A stretch of 64,000 bases of DNA from NCBI GenBank assembly GCA_002269645.1, contig NIVC01000046.1:124001-188000 (forward strand), given 5' to 3'. Both the position numbers and the translations under genes were made by a program. This document shows, one piece after another, positions 38,282 through 52,039 of this stretch (the first letter of the stretch is position 1; every line of letters begins with the position of its first letter). The notes under the pieces were generated by a model. That model ran no database searches. It saw nothing but the letters and a program-made list of their open reading frames with translations, and was not told where the DNA came from. Source of the stretch: Macrostomum lignano. Its lineage: Eukaryota.

Positions 38282-41200
38282 AATGTACTTTCCGCAACCT
38301 CCCAGTGTCGAACGTTGGCAGTTGCTGCCAGTTGAGAGTTGCAAAGAATAGCAAAAAGGACATGAAATCCACGAATCTCTTTACATAGCAGAAATACACG
38401 GTTGATTTGATGAATAAAGGCTGAGATGATTCCAGACGTCGGTCAAAATTTAATTCGTAGAGTGGTCTTCGTTGCACACGGGCGCTGACAGAATTTCTGA
38501 CTGGCGATGAAACGGAGAATTTTTTGACGCTTTTTCCCTCCGATTTTATTATATACTACGCGTGTGCAAGAATATCAGTGGCGTGAATTTGGTTCAGTAG
38601 TATAGTGCGTGTAGCTGCATGTATGAAGTTGTATTTAAAACCTAACCGCATATAGAAAAAGAAACAGAAAGAACAGACTGAACAGTTGAGTATGATGGAC
38701 ATTGATGGTTAAGTATTTAAGAATGTAAAGTAGAAATTCAAAAGCTAGAGAATATAAAGAATCTTTAGTTTTATCTGTATGCATTACGTAGAATATATTA
38801 GAATTTCCATGACAAAGTAGTGCCATTTATGGAGACCTAACATGGAAAACAAGGATGAATCAATTGAATTGGTTTTCACTTGACTTATATTTTTTCTCTT
38901 TAAATGAACGGAAACCTGAATATACACGTTAAATATATACTAAACAAATCGACCTTCAATTGTCCTTTCCATTCAATTGGGTACATTAAAAACGTTTGCA
39001 TTTCAGTAGTAGTATAAGGCATTCGCTTTTGTAATTTGCGAATGTGTTAGTCTTGCGTTAGTCAGCAAGCCCACACGGGCCCCTCGTTAAAAGGCCTGGA
39101 TAGCCCCATTTATTCTTTCACTATATTGAATCCCTACGTTCTTTAACAAACAAATCTGCAACCTCCACCTCCAGGGCCCAACCCCTTAAGTCTTACTGGC
39201 TTAGTTAAGCGATGTAACAAAGAGGTTTTGCTGCCTAATAATCTGGACCGTTGGTTCTCTATTAGTGGCTTGGTTTAGTAAGTCAAAGTGAGTAGTATAT
39301 TCTTGCCAACATTCTTTCAGTTGGAGTAAAGCAGCACACTTGAGCTCTGCTTTTGCTTTCGCAGCTGTTGGGGGAACTTGAAGCTACTTGGTGTAAATTT
39401 TGGCGACACAAGAGGGACTTTAGATTTTAGGTCTATTCCTACCGCATATTTACCTTACTACTAAATATCATAACTCTGATAATTGTAAAAAATGAAGATT
39501 GAAAATTTTAATGGTGGGCCGTCTGGAGAGGTCATGACCCCCCATTGACTCCCACCTAAAGTCTAGGATCATGAGTAGCACCAAAACTCTAACTATAGCA
39601 ACACGGATTCGACCTGTTAGTGAGTCAGGAAATTCAGTGATAAATTGTCACTCTTTGAACCAAATTCTGCTTCGTGGGTCTCAATCCAGAGATAAAGAGA
39701 GCTGCTAGCGCACGTACCGCACACATGTAAGCCTACAAAACAAGCAATACAGCTGAATACAGAGACCGAGTTGCAGTTTAGTAGGAGGTTCTTATCTAAA
39801 AAAGTTATGCCGAGTACACTGTAAGGTGTATGAAATGGACTATGGACTAGTGTGAACTTTCCATATCATACACCTGTTGGCCACAATCCAAAGGCATTTT
39901 CATACACCAGCTTATATCACCACCGGCTGCCAAATAAGGTTAAAGATCAATGAAATTCGAACCCAACTAAGATAACTACACTACACTTAGTTGTCTCACT
40001 GCTGGGGCAGTGTACACAAGTACATGTACATCTACATGCCAGAAAATTCAAACACAGACGACAAAAAGACAGAAATACGAATTGATCAAATTTGATTTTT
40101 TTCGCTTTGCTTGCGTGTGTGAAGTGAAAGTGATCTAATGTAATAATTATATATATTTGATTACACAAATACAGGCATATAGATACGAGTTGTGTTGCAA
40201 AAGTTCCCCAAAAATTGACAGAAACTTTAGCCACAACTCTGCAAATCTGCACTATTGAATGGATAATGAATTAGCTCTTATAAAACTTGTGCTTAAAACA
40301 AATAAAATTCTGTTAAAAGTTTTACTCAGCACTTCGAATCGTTCCTTTGTGCAATTTAACAATCTAATAGAGCAGATATGCAAGAGTTGTAGGCTAAAAG
40401 GTCACCTCAGTAGGACATTTGTGTCGAAACACGCAAAGTGCAAAAACTTTGCAACACCACTCGTAGTTAAATAATAGTTTTTCACAGACTAATATAATAT
40501 TAATACGCCATATTTTTAAGGGAAAGCAGAAAAAAGAAAAGAAACAAACAAACAAAACATAAATTCACACGCGCCGCCTGCACTCTGTGTGTTGTGTGTC
40601 GCATTGGCTAGCATAAACTGTCTGCAATAACCGAAAATTCAATCAATTTGAGAAAATATTGAATAAACAATTCAGAGATGAGAACAGACAAACTCAAACA
40701 ACAAGATAACGCGGAAAATTTTTGTTATAGAAATCGTTAATTTAAATTTACAAGCTACATAACGAGTTGATAATTACTATAACTTTTTCGCTATCTAAAG
40801 ACAGTTAACCCAAGCAAAAATGCACACGTATTGCAATTTTCACACAAAAAACAACAAAAAAGAACATTGAACATATATAATCGCTTTGATTTTTTTGCAG
40901 ATATAATAAATTCCATCGTGCCTATAAAATGACATTACAAATTATTAACAATTTGTAACAACTTACATTTTATTAAATTGTTTAAATTAATCAATCATTT
41001 CTTCTCCATCCAGACAATCGAAAAAAAACCGCACGTGAAAGCAAAAACAACAGCGCGCACAACTACATGGTGTAATTAAAGTTTGTGCAAAATTTATTAC
41101 TTTTCCACAAGCAATAGAAAAATAACAGGAAACGGAGACGTGAGAGAGAGAGGAAGAAAAAACAAAAAGACGAGACAAAAAAGCAAATCAAAATCAGATT

Positions 41201-41569
41201 CTGCAACAATAAAAAAGTCAATTTGACGTACTATTAGTAATTTTGTTTAATTAACGCATTTTCACGGTAAGGCCGGTCGAGATGAAAAAAGCCAAATACA
41301 TCAGTGAGCAGTAGTGTATTTAGTAGTATAACCAGAGTGCTGCTAGAAAATGTTATTCATATGGCGTATTATTTTATAACACAAACTATGGCACTGAAGT
41401 GAGGCCGATTTTAGCAAATGACAATGATAAATATGCTTTGATTTTCAACCATGCACTTTACTACAAAACAAGTTAAACTGATTATTATTTTATTATACAT
41501 AAGAACATTTTTTCAGAGAATAGACAAAACATTGAGATGCAGAATTACCTAACATTCTACTTTTGAAGA

Positions 41570-42155
41570 CTTGTGTCTGTCTTAAAGCCTGTCTCAGTGT
41601 CTGTCTTAGAGCCTGTCTCAGTGTCTGTCTTAGAGCCTGTCTCAGTGTCTGTCTTAGAGCCTGTCTCAGTGTCTGTCTTAAAGCCTGTCTCAGTGTCTGT
41701 CTTAGAGCCTGTCTCAGTGTCTGTTTTAGTGTCTGTCTCAGTGTCTGTCTCAGTGTCTGTTTTAGTGTCTGTCTCAGTGTCTGTCTCAGTGTCTGTTTTA
41801 GTGTCTGTCTTAGTGTCTGTCTCAGTGTCTGTCTCAGTGTCTGTTTTAGTGTCTGTTTTAGTGTCTGTCTCAGTGTCTGTCTCAGTGTCTGTTTTAGTGT
41901 CTGTCTCAGTGTCTGTCTCAGTGTCTGTTTTAGTGTCTGTCTTAGTGTCTGTCTCAGTGTCTGTCTCAGTGTCTGTCTCAGTGTCTATCTCAGTGTCTGT
42001 CTCAGTGTCTGTCTCAGTGTCTGTCTCAGTGTCTGTCTTAGTGTCTGTCTCAGTGTCTGTCTCAGTGTCTGTCTCAGTGTCTATCTCAGTGTCTGTCTCA
42101 GTGTCTGTTTCAGTGTCCTTCTTAAAGTTGGTCTTGCTGTCTGTCTGTCTGTCTG
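41570..42155. repeat. 12/24-bp minisatellite (gtgtctgtctca)
   Basis: Direct inspection. Confidence 0.95.
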
Positions 42156-42673
42156 TCTTAGTTGCAGTCAAAGTTTATTCCTTTTATGATAACACATAAT
42201 ATATAATAAATATGTCTATTTTTTATAGATAGAACAGATTAGACAAAGCAAAAAACTACCTGTATGCATGTGATTGGAATAGCGTATTAAGTTCCGTTAG
42301 GCTTACAGCATTACACATGTTTACATTATATATATATATATAGAGGATACAAAAAGCTTTCAGAAAATTTCGAAACGCAATAACAAACTATAATATGAAG
42401 CATTTAGTCTAAACAGGAATTAAAATGAGGAAGTGAGTGCAGCAGAGGCCGAGTCGGACTTTTGTAGGTCAGGGGGAGAATTCGCACACGGAAAACTCGC
42501 CAGAGGCAGTTAAATTTCTAATCTTTCTCAACCCAATTCATTAGGTCGCCAAGCTGCCATTCTGAAAATAAATAGCGATATTTCTACATTTCTACTGACA
42601 CGAGTAGTGTAGGTTGAATAATGAAAAATACAATAATTTCACTACGAAGGGAACGGTTTGTTAGACTTTTAGC

Positions 42674-42716
<43 letters not shown>

Positions 42717-42760
42717 GTCTGTCAGTCTGTCAGCCCCAGCACTCACCGCAGGCCAGTCAG

Positions 42761-43279
42761 TCAGGGATTTGCATCCCCATCCGGTCCCAGCTGCGCTCCA
42801 TCAGCCGCAGCCTCTGGCAGGGCGACTGCAGCAGGCAGGAATTCCCTGCTCATCAGCGATTTTGGCGACATCACAACGGCGAGTTGCGTTGGCCGACCAT
42901 CCGGAGCGGACGGAGCTCGCTGACGTCCCAGCGGCGGCTGCTGCAGCGGCATCGACGGGGCGCCAGGAAAACAGCCGTTGGAAGCGTGGCGATGCCGGCT
43001 AGCAGAGCCGGCCCAGGCCTGCACGGGAGCGGTCTGCGTTGCTAGGGGGCCGGACACCCAGGTGACGGAGCTGCCAGCTACGAGCAGGCGGGACTCCGGA
43101 GTGGCAACCCGGCGCGGGGCGATCACATTGACGCTCTCGGCGCTGGCTTCAAGGTCATCCGGTTCTTCTTCGTTGAGCTTCTCTTCTGCTGCAGCACCGG
43201 ATTCTGCTTGGCATGACCCAGCAGCAGCTGCCCCAGATGACAGATCCTGCGCCGCGTCGCTGGGGTCTGGTTCGGCTGT
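42761..43279 (-). CDS. MBD5/6-like gene, terminal exon
   Basis: ttttcag acceptor, phase 0, open to TGA at 42761; low-complexity protein. Confidence 0.7.
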   Translation of the reverse strand, partial: TAEPDPSDAAQDLSSGAAAAGSCQAESGAAAEEKLNEEEPDDLEASAESVNVIAPRRVATPESRLLVAGSSVTWVSGPLATQTAPVQAWAGSASRHRHASNGCFPGAPSMPLQQPPLGRQRAPSAPDGRPTQLAVVMSPKSLMSREFLPAAVALPEAAADGAQLGPDGDANP

Positions 43280-43395
43280 CTGAAAAGGAATGGAACACAG
43301 ATGCTAATTGTTCGACTCTTGCTCAACACGAACCTCCGCACACAGTGTACCCCAGCGTATGAGCGTGTCTATTAGTGCCCCCCCCCCCCCGATAT

Positions 43396-43592
43396 CAGGG
43401 GAAGGCAAAGACTCTCCTCTATCCGGCCCGCTTTTCTCAGCTTTTTCTCTTCTTTCTCGCATCTCTCCTTATCACCTCTCTTCTCCTCTCCTCTCCATTC
43501 TTCTCTTCTCCTCTCTCTCATTTCTCCCCTCCTCTCCTCTTCTCTCCTCTCTCTTTCTCCTCCCTCGAGATTAAAAACTTTTCCGACCCCTG
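43396..43592. mobile_element. hAT/Charlie-like MITE with CT-rich interior
   Basis: TIRs caggggaaggcaaag / cttttccgacccctg; degenerate flanks cccgatat / ccctacac. Confidence 0.65.
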
Positions 43593-43628
43593 CCCTACAC
43601 TAGTAAATACTTGTCAGAGATGACCCAC

Positions 43629-44052
43629 CTCAGCCTCCTTTGATTTCTTCGCCGCCTCTTCATCCTCAGCCGCGACAGCCGAGTCCGCTGCCCGCTTCAA
43701 CTCCAGCCGCTTGGCGCTCCGGCAAGTCTCCAGCCTCTGCTGCTCCTCAGCTGGCAGCGGCGGCGGCCACAGAGCGGGACTGTCTGGCCGGAAGTTGAAC
43801 AGCCGTCTGGCGGCTTCCAGAGCTTCGGCGGAATCCTCTGGCAGCGTAACTGCTTCATCGGAGTCTTCGGCCGCGTCCTCTACCGTTGAAGTCTCGGCGC
43901 CGCCGTCTTGCTGCTCGTCGGCCTGTCGACGTCGCTGTCGAGAACGTCGTTGACGAAGGTCGCAGGCCAGCGGCAGGGCGCACAGGCAGGCATCGGGGCG
44001 GCTGAGGTAGCCACGCACGGCGTCGGCGCTTGACAAAAGCTCGCCTGAGCAG
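43629..44052 (-). CDS. MBD5/MBD6/Sba-like gene, MBD C-terminal exon
   Basis: SCSGELLSSADAVRGYLSRPDACLCAL...LFNFRP matches MBD5 [27 protein letters not shown]...VFNFDP; gtcag/gtgggt. Confidence 0.85.
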
Positions 44053-44199
44053 CTGACGGAGTCAAGTGGGAAATCGAATTAATGACTGGGCGAGTTGACA
44101 GGGAACAGGTGGGAGGATTTAAGATTGTGAGAGTGGCCGGAGAGCCGACGATTGAGGACAAAGAGTTGAGCAGATGTGAAGCGCCATAGTGAAACTATC

Positions 44200-44815
44200 T
44201 GCCGGTGGGTCAAGGTGCGGGAATTCCTGACCCACTGGCTAAATGAGGGTTAAGGTTTGGGGATTCCTGACCCACTGGCTGAATGAGGGTCAAGGTGTGG
44301 GGATTCCTGACCCACTGGCTAAATGAGGGTTAAGGTTTGGGGATTCCTGACCCACTGGCTAAATGAGGGTCAAGGTTTGGGGATTCCTGACCCACTGACT
44401 GAATGAGGGTCATGGTGTGGATTCCTGACCCACTGACTGAATGAGGGTCAAGGTGTGGGGATTCCTGACCCACTGACTGAATGGGGGTCAAGGTGTGGGG
44501 ATTCCTGACCCAGACTGAATGAGGGTCAAGGTGTGGGGATTCCTGACCCACTGACTGAATGAGGGTCAAGGTGTGGGGATTCCTGACCCACTGACTGAAT
44601 GAGGGTCATGGTGTGGGGATTCCTGACCCACTGACTGAATGAGGGTCATGGTGTGGATTCCTGACCCACTGACTGAATGAGGGTCAAGGTGTGGGGATTC
44701 CTGACCCACTGGCTAAATGAGGGTCAAGGTGTGGGGATTCCTGACCCACTGACTGAATGAGGGTCAAGGTGTGGGGATTCCTGACCCACTGACTAAATGA
44801 GGGTCAAGGAGCGGG
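44200..44815. repeat. ~40-bp minisatellite (gggtcaaggtgtggggattcctgacccactgactgaatga)
   Basis: In an MBD-like gene intron. Confidence 0.95.
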
Positions 44816-46134
44816 GATCTTGACCCAGCACATTGACCCACTAGCAGAAGCACTGACTACAAAAGGGTCTTAAACCTAAAGTCAAAGGTTTCCTATGGGT
44901 CAAGATGATAGATTTCTATGGCTCAACAGAAGGAAACAAACAGGTCAGTCTGTCGAGGCCAAAAAGACCTGGAGATGACTGATTTGATAAGCAGATTGCA
45001 GCAAAACCTAAGTGTCACACACTTAAGAAATGAAAGAAAAAGCAAAATATAACAAACAATTTGAATAATTATATGCGGAGGGAATATTGCGAATGCCTGG
45101 GAGTTGGTTTGGGAAGACCATACGCGCAAGCACACACAATAAAATAACTACTTGAAGCGCACACTTAAAAAACACTTAGTTCTAATCCGATTATGTTAAG
45201 TACGTAATTAACTGGGCCAAAGTCGCAAAGTGTGCGGCGTGTGTCGGCAGTGTAGTGATTAATTAATAAATTATAATGCTTGTTATATCATTCACAAAAG
45301 TCAAGAGCTGCAGTGTACCACTAGGATAAATAATTATAAAGTTACACGACCAAATTCAATTAATCCAACAAAGGCAGTATTACCAAAATTATAGGCAGGT
45401 AGCAACGGTCAGTAAAAAGTTGGTAAAAAACTGATTAGTAAACAAACACATAGAGAGAGCTTGCTGGGTGCAAAGAGTCACACTACGCGTTTCAATCTTT
45501 GACAATAAATACAAATGCATATATATGATGAATATTAAGAAAATTAAATCAACAAGCCACTACGCTGTTTGTGTGTCTTTTATACATAGAAATGAACGAT
45601 ATATATATTAAGTAGTATTGTAAGGATATTTAAAAGACAGATTTCTTTGTTGGCAAACCAAGGCCACTTGGTCTCAACCCTTCTCGTGGCAAGAAAGAGC
45701 TGCTTTAATTAATTAATTAACATAATTAATTAGCAGTTAGAGAGCGTACCGAATGCTGCTGAGCCGACTGAGTGCTGCCGAGTCCTGCTTTGAGTAGCAT
45801 TTATTGATTGCAAGGGATAGCCGGGACACAATGTACTTTTTTAAAAAAACTCTGCTTAAATTAAATATCTTTACCAAGGCCAAAAAACGGAACGAACACA
45901 AAATATAATTTAATATAGTATTAATAAATATAGTTGTGCAAGTCAAGACACTCACTGCTGGCGAACCTCGGCGGCCCCAAAGGGTGATGCAATACGATTA
46001 AGTAGCATATAAAATAGGCATTAGTTGTAAAATTATTAGTTTCAATACACAGATTTTCAACACATTTCAGAACTATTTTGACAAATAATAATTGTTGATA
46101 TGCAAGATTATGGAATCCCATGTGCCCATGGAAT

Positions 46135-47435
46135 TGATCCCAGATCCTCAATGCACCCAGATCCCCAATACATCCAGATCCTCAATACACCCAGATCCTC
46201 AATACACCCAGATCCCCAATACACCCAGATCCCCAATACACCCAGATTCTCAATACACCAGATCCTTAATACACCCAGATCCCCAATACACCCAGATCCC
46301 CAATACACCCAGATTCTCAATACACCAGATCCTTAATACACCCAGATCCTCAATGCACTCAGATCCTTAATACACCCAGATCCCCAATACACCCAGATCC
46401 CCAATACACCCAGATCCTCAATGCACTCAGATCCTTAATACACCCAGATCCCCAATACACCCAGATCCCCAATACACCCAGATCCTCAATGCACTCAGAT
46501 CCTTAATACACCCAGATTCTCAATACACCCAGATTCTCAATACACCCAGATTCTCAATACACCCAGATCCTTAATACACCCAGATCCTCAATGCACTCAG
46601 ATCCTTAATACACCCAGATTCTCAATACACCCAGATCCTCAATGCACCCAGATCCTCAATGCACTCAGATCCCCAATACACCCAGATCCCCAATACACCC
46701 AGATCCCCAATACACCCAGATCCCCAATACACCCAGATCCCCAATACACCCAGATCCTCAATACACCCAGATCCTCAATGCACTCAGATCCCCAATACAC
46801 CCAGATCCTCAATACACCCAGATCCTCAATGCACTCAGATCCCCAATACACCCAGATCCCCAATACACCCAGATCCCCAATACACCCAGATCCCCAATAC
46901 ACCCAGATCCCCAATACACCCAGATCCTCAATACACCAGATCCTTAATACACCCAGATCCTCAATGCACTCAGATCCCCAATACACCCAGATCCCCAATA
47001 CACCCAGATCCCCAATACACCCAGATCCCCAATACACCCAGATCCCCAATACACCCAGATTCTCAATACACCAGATCCTTAATACACCCAGATCCTCAAT
47101 GCACCCAGATCCCCAATACACCCAGATCCCCAATACACCAGATCCTTAATACACCAGATCCCCAATACACCCAGATCCCCAATACACCAGATTCTCAATA
47201 CACCAGATCCTTAATACACCCAGATTCTCAATACACCAGATCCTTAATACACCCAGATCCTCAATGCACTCAGATCCCCAATACACCCAGATCCCCAATA
47301 CACCCAGATCCCCAATACACCCAGATCCCCAATACACCCAGATCCCCAATACACCCAGATCCCCAATACACCCAGATCCCCAATACACCCAGATCCCCAA
47401 TACACCCAGATCCCCAATACACCCAGATCCCCAAT
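46135..47435. repeat. 17-bp minisatellite (acacccagatccccaat)
   Basis: In an MBD-like gene intron. Confidence 0.96.
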
Positions 47436-48078
47436 GCGCCAATTATAAGAGCTGCAGGAAATGAAAGAAGAATTATAACATTACCATTCCAAAGCCTTGA
47501 GTGTGGAGACTGAGAGTGAACCTAAAATGCCTGAAAGTAAAACTAACACTGCGCTATCCGCCCTACTCATAACAGTAGACGGTAACGACTACAATAGTGA
47601 AATAAGCAACTTAAAAAAATCCTAAATTGATTCGACCGTAATTTGAATTTAGATAAGTTAAGAAAATATGTCTTATATACTAACAAAAGATTATTAATTT
47701 AAGCGCCAAATTGAATATTAACTTTAGCGCCAAACGAACATAGACTTAAGCGCAAAAGAAGATCAATTTTAGCGCCAACTTGAAGATAACTTATAATAAT
47801 AATCTGTCTCATATGTTATTACTCTAAGCACAGATGAACAACACAATTACAAGTTGGTTTATCCAAAGAAAAGAACTTACGCAATAACAAGCCGATAAAC
47901 AAAGACAGACGATATTATTCAGCCAAAAAATGTATATAAGTTAGTCTCTATGGAATATGAATATAAACGGAGATAAGGAGATACAAAAGAAATAGACAGA
48001 TTTACAGACCAATTCAATAAGAGGCTCGGTATTATATATAGAATATGCAGGCATAACAGAAATGATTTAATAAATTAC

Positions 48079-48944
48079 CTGCGATACGAAACGCATCCAT
48101 TGTCATCTACAAGCCGCTGCCATCTGGTAGACTGCTGCTGCTGCTGCTGCTCCGGCGAGGACTTTAAGCCGTCCTCATCAGAGATGGAGCTCGGCAACTC
48201 AGCTGCTGTTGAAGTCGAAGCCGCAGCAGAAGCAGCAGCAGCGGTGGCGGCCGCAGCTCCGGCCACGTCAATGGAGGACTGCGGTCGGGGAGTCGTGACT
48301 GCGCTGGACACGGCTGACGCATGGCCGGGCGTGCCAGGACCTCCGCTGCAGCCTTTCATTGACGATGACGAATGATGATTGCGCTGCTGATGCAGCTGCT
48401 GCTGCTGCAGATGATGCTGATGAAGCAGATGCTGCGCCTGCAGGTGCTGCTGAAGCTGGTGAAACTGCTGTAATTGCAGTGCCTGCTGCTGCTGCTGCTG
48501 CTGCTGGGCCTGAGAGATTGCCGCTGCGGCCGCCAGCTGCTGCGCATAGTAGTTCTGGGCTAGCAGAAACTGTTGCTGCTGTTGCTGTTGCTGCTGCTGC
48601 TGCTGGGCCTGGGCTAGCATCAGCTGATGAAGGGGATTAGTCAGCATCCCGTGTCCTCCAGCTGGGTTGTACAGCGAGGCAGCAGCGGCCGCAGCCTGAG
48701 CTTGCTGAAGCATCAGCTGTTGTTGCTGCTGCTGTTGCAGTTGCTGCTGCTGCTGAGGCAGCATGACATACTGCAGACCAGCAGCGCTTGTCACTGTTGG
48801 CATGGCAACTAGACCGCCAGGGATGCTGCTAGCAACTGTTGCTAGGGGCAATGGGGCGCCAGCTGCTGCGGCTGCAGCCGCCGAGGCGGCATAAAACTGC
48901 GGCGGTAAGTACTGGCCATTGGGGCACACTGGCCGCAAGTTCAT
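48079..48944 (-). CDS. MBD5/MBD6/Sba-like gene, polyQ/polyA exon ending in the MBD N-terminal half
   Basis: Ends RWQRLVDDNGCVSYR-AG|gtaatt (cf. MBD5 GWQRRVDQNGVLYVS); phase 2 joins the 44052 exon. The true start may be upstream. Confidence 0.85.
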
Positions 48945-50809
48945 TGCTGCAAAGATTGGCGAGTGTTGAGCATTCTCTAAGCACAGTTTTATTTCCTTTT
49001 TAAAGTTTTATTTATAGCATATCTATATGCCTTTATATTTATTACATTAAATATTACATTATTACAGCATTACATTACATTAACATTACATTATTACATT
49101 TATTATTTATTTATTACATTTTAATACTTTCTCTATTTAGGAGCTAACTAACATCAGCCAAAATGTTATAAAATAAAATAGAATATCTTTGTATCTACCT
49201 CTCCTATACTTGAAATAATAGCTCTAATTTTTATTATTAATCAGTCTTGTGACCTTTCTCTATCTTGATTTAAAGTCAAAAGCATTTTCAGGATTTCTTT
49301 AAAAAATATTGGTATTTCAAAAAAGATTTGCATTATAAAAATCTCTATATAACTAAACTTGAATATAAAATTAAAATTGAATTGAAGTAAAATCTCACTT
49401 GCAAAAAACAGGGTGCCAATTTTGCAATTATTGTTAAAATTTAAGATGTCAACCCTATTGGAATAAGTTTTCAGACACTGTGGACAGTGCGTCTAGTGCG
49501 CCATGGCAATCATAAAGTGGCCTGGACGGTGCGTCATGACAATCTTCAAATCCTAAGGTGGTATGGACGATGTGTCATTCAAATCTTCAAATCCTAGGGT
49601 GCCATAGCACTCTAGGTTTAGGTGATATTGTGCATGACTCCAGTCTCTATCATGTTCATTCTGATGATGCATCACTCGTTTTTGAGAGATTTAAAGAGAT
49701 TGAGAGAAAGTTGTGTGTTTTACCGCACTTGTGTTTTACTGCACTCTGTTCTGTACTGTACTTCTGCCCCCTTCTGTTGTAGTTGTATCTATTTCTTAAT
49801 TCTTAGTCTACTCGTCTTTTGACTTACAAAGTTACATTGTTGGTCTATTCAAAGAAAAATAAATAATGTAAATAGTGTGGCAATTGCATCAGTGAGTACT
49901 TAAAATAATTACGAACACTGAAACCCTTTACTTCAATTTGGCTAATCGGTTAATACAAAATGAAGAAACTCCGTGATGAACAACACAGAGTTCACGAACA
50001 AACAAAATTGTCTTTGCCTTATCCACACACTTTTTCAGTAGTAGTTGTAGCACTTTGGCTCGGGTCGGGTTATCAAATCTGATAACTATTTAGCATGGTG
50101 TTTCGAAGAATATTTTCACATTTAAATGTCAGCATAAATAAATGTACGCGCAACCAATCAAAAAGATAATTAAACAAAGCAGAAAATTTGTTGAGACTTT
50201 TAATAGAATTTAGTTTACTTTTTTATTTCTTGCAACTGCGTTATAAGAGAACATTAAGAGCAATTAGCATTTGGCACTATGTTATAATGTTTATGAGGCA
50301 ATAAAGAACATTTCTGCTGCGATCTTTCAACTACAATTTCCAATTTTACGATTAACTTGCATGCATATTCTAGATGACACAGCAATCAATACATATGATA
50401 GGAGATATGCTATACTATAGCCCATAGCAATATTATCAAAGTTATAGAAATTAGAAAAACAAGTTTTACTTACAGTTTGCTGAATTTCCACCGTGCTGCT
50501 GACTTTCTCCTGTGCATGCTTCTCATCCTTGTTCAGCAGCGCTGTATGTAGCGCGTGATGTCCTCCTTGCATCTTACCTGTGAGCTGCTGTGCATCATGG
50601 CGCATGGCGCGCGTAGCGCGCCATGCGCCATGACTATGAGGAAAAAGAAAAAGTGCGCCGGACGCCGTCCGCGAAAATACCACTTATTCCAATAGGGGAT
50701 GTCAAAACTAAAGCTAAATATAATATGACAGACTATAATAAAAAATATATTCATGGCATAATGGGTAAACTAAAGGATATCTTCTAAAGCTCTGTATGAT
50801 AGGCTCTAG

Positions 50810-50985
50810 CAGGGATGGACCAAGGGGGGGGCCAAAAAGGCCATGCCCCCCCTTAGCTCAGCCAAAAAATCCTCAGATGTATTGGTATCATGCTGTATTG
50901 GTATCATGGTACCCTAATTGCAGCTCTGGCCTGACCAGATGTGAGGCTTGCTCCCCCCCTCAATAAAATACTAGGTCTGCCCCTG
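50810..50985. mobile_element. hAT-type MITE (176 bp)
   Basis: TIRs cagggatggacc / ggtctgcccctg; 8-bp TSD ggctctag / ggctccag. Confidence 0.8.
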
Positions 50986-51671
50986 GGCTCCAGTACATTA
51001 AAACTATTAATGTTTTTATTTATTATCTATTCAAATGAGCTACAATATGCTTATAATTTTTTATTTATTTATTATGCTAAGAGTTTTCATCAGCAAAGAA
51101 GAGTAAGTGTCCACTGTCCAACAAACTCTTAGTAAGTTTTATCTAGTAAGAGTTTACTTAGGTTTATTGTACTAAGAATTTGTTGGACATATTCAAAAAT
51201 GCTTTTGTCTTTGTAAAATTATAAATCTAGTATAAATAATATTGTTTATTCTATTTTAATAAACTTTTAATTATCATAACACTATTTATCTTATTTTCAA
51301 TTGTATTACCTTTTAGGCTTTTTGTTTAATTCTAAAACCTTTCAAAAAACTAAAATAACTCTACATTTCATTTGTAAACTTTATATACTAGGCCTTGTCT
51401 AAAAATAATTAATCAAATTAGATTAATTAGATAACTATTTAATTTAGATTTCTATCTTTTGTTTTATAATATTTATTTGGTTAGTAATATTAGGCCTAGT
51501 TTAAGTCTATTATATTGCCCTTGAATCAGAAAATAAACTTTTAATATGTTAAATATGTATTTAAGACACAAAGATAAAAATCTTTTTTATATATTTTAGT
51601 TAGGTCTAAGATTGACTTTTTAGGCATTATTAGGCTTTGGTTATCTTGGCTTTCTTAGATTCTTGGCTTTT

Positions 51672-52039
51672 TTATTAGAGGCAAGGGGGTTATGTGCACC
51701 CTGGCGCACTTTAAGTGACCTTTAAGTGACATAGACACACAATCGGCAAGAGACATTACTGCCTATTCCCCCAACTACCCTGAGCAAGTATACAAGTGCG
51801 TAGATATATAGACATACATTCACACAAGAATGTACAGCAGCCCTAACTTTATTTTATCGTTAGGCATGTATACTTCACTGTGCCTTAGGGGGTTGGCTTT
51901 CAAGGCTGTTAATTGTATAAGCAGAGCCAAGCCAAGATTCCAATTTAGCCCCAAATTAATGTGACTGCACTTGGAATCAAGCCTAGGTTGCTAGCATAGC
52001 AACCAGAGTAGCTACGCTACTACTGGGATACAGCCCCCT
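51672..52039 (-). mobile_element. SINE family A copy, heavily C>T/G>A mutated
   Basis: Colinear with the 15812 copy; 12-bp TSD ttcttggctttt at 51660-51671 and 52040-52051. Confidence 0.85.
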
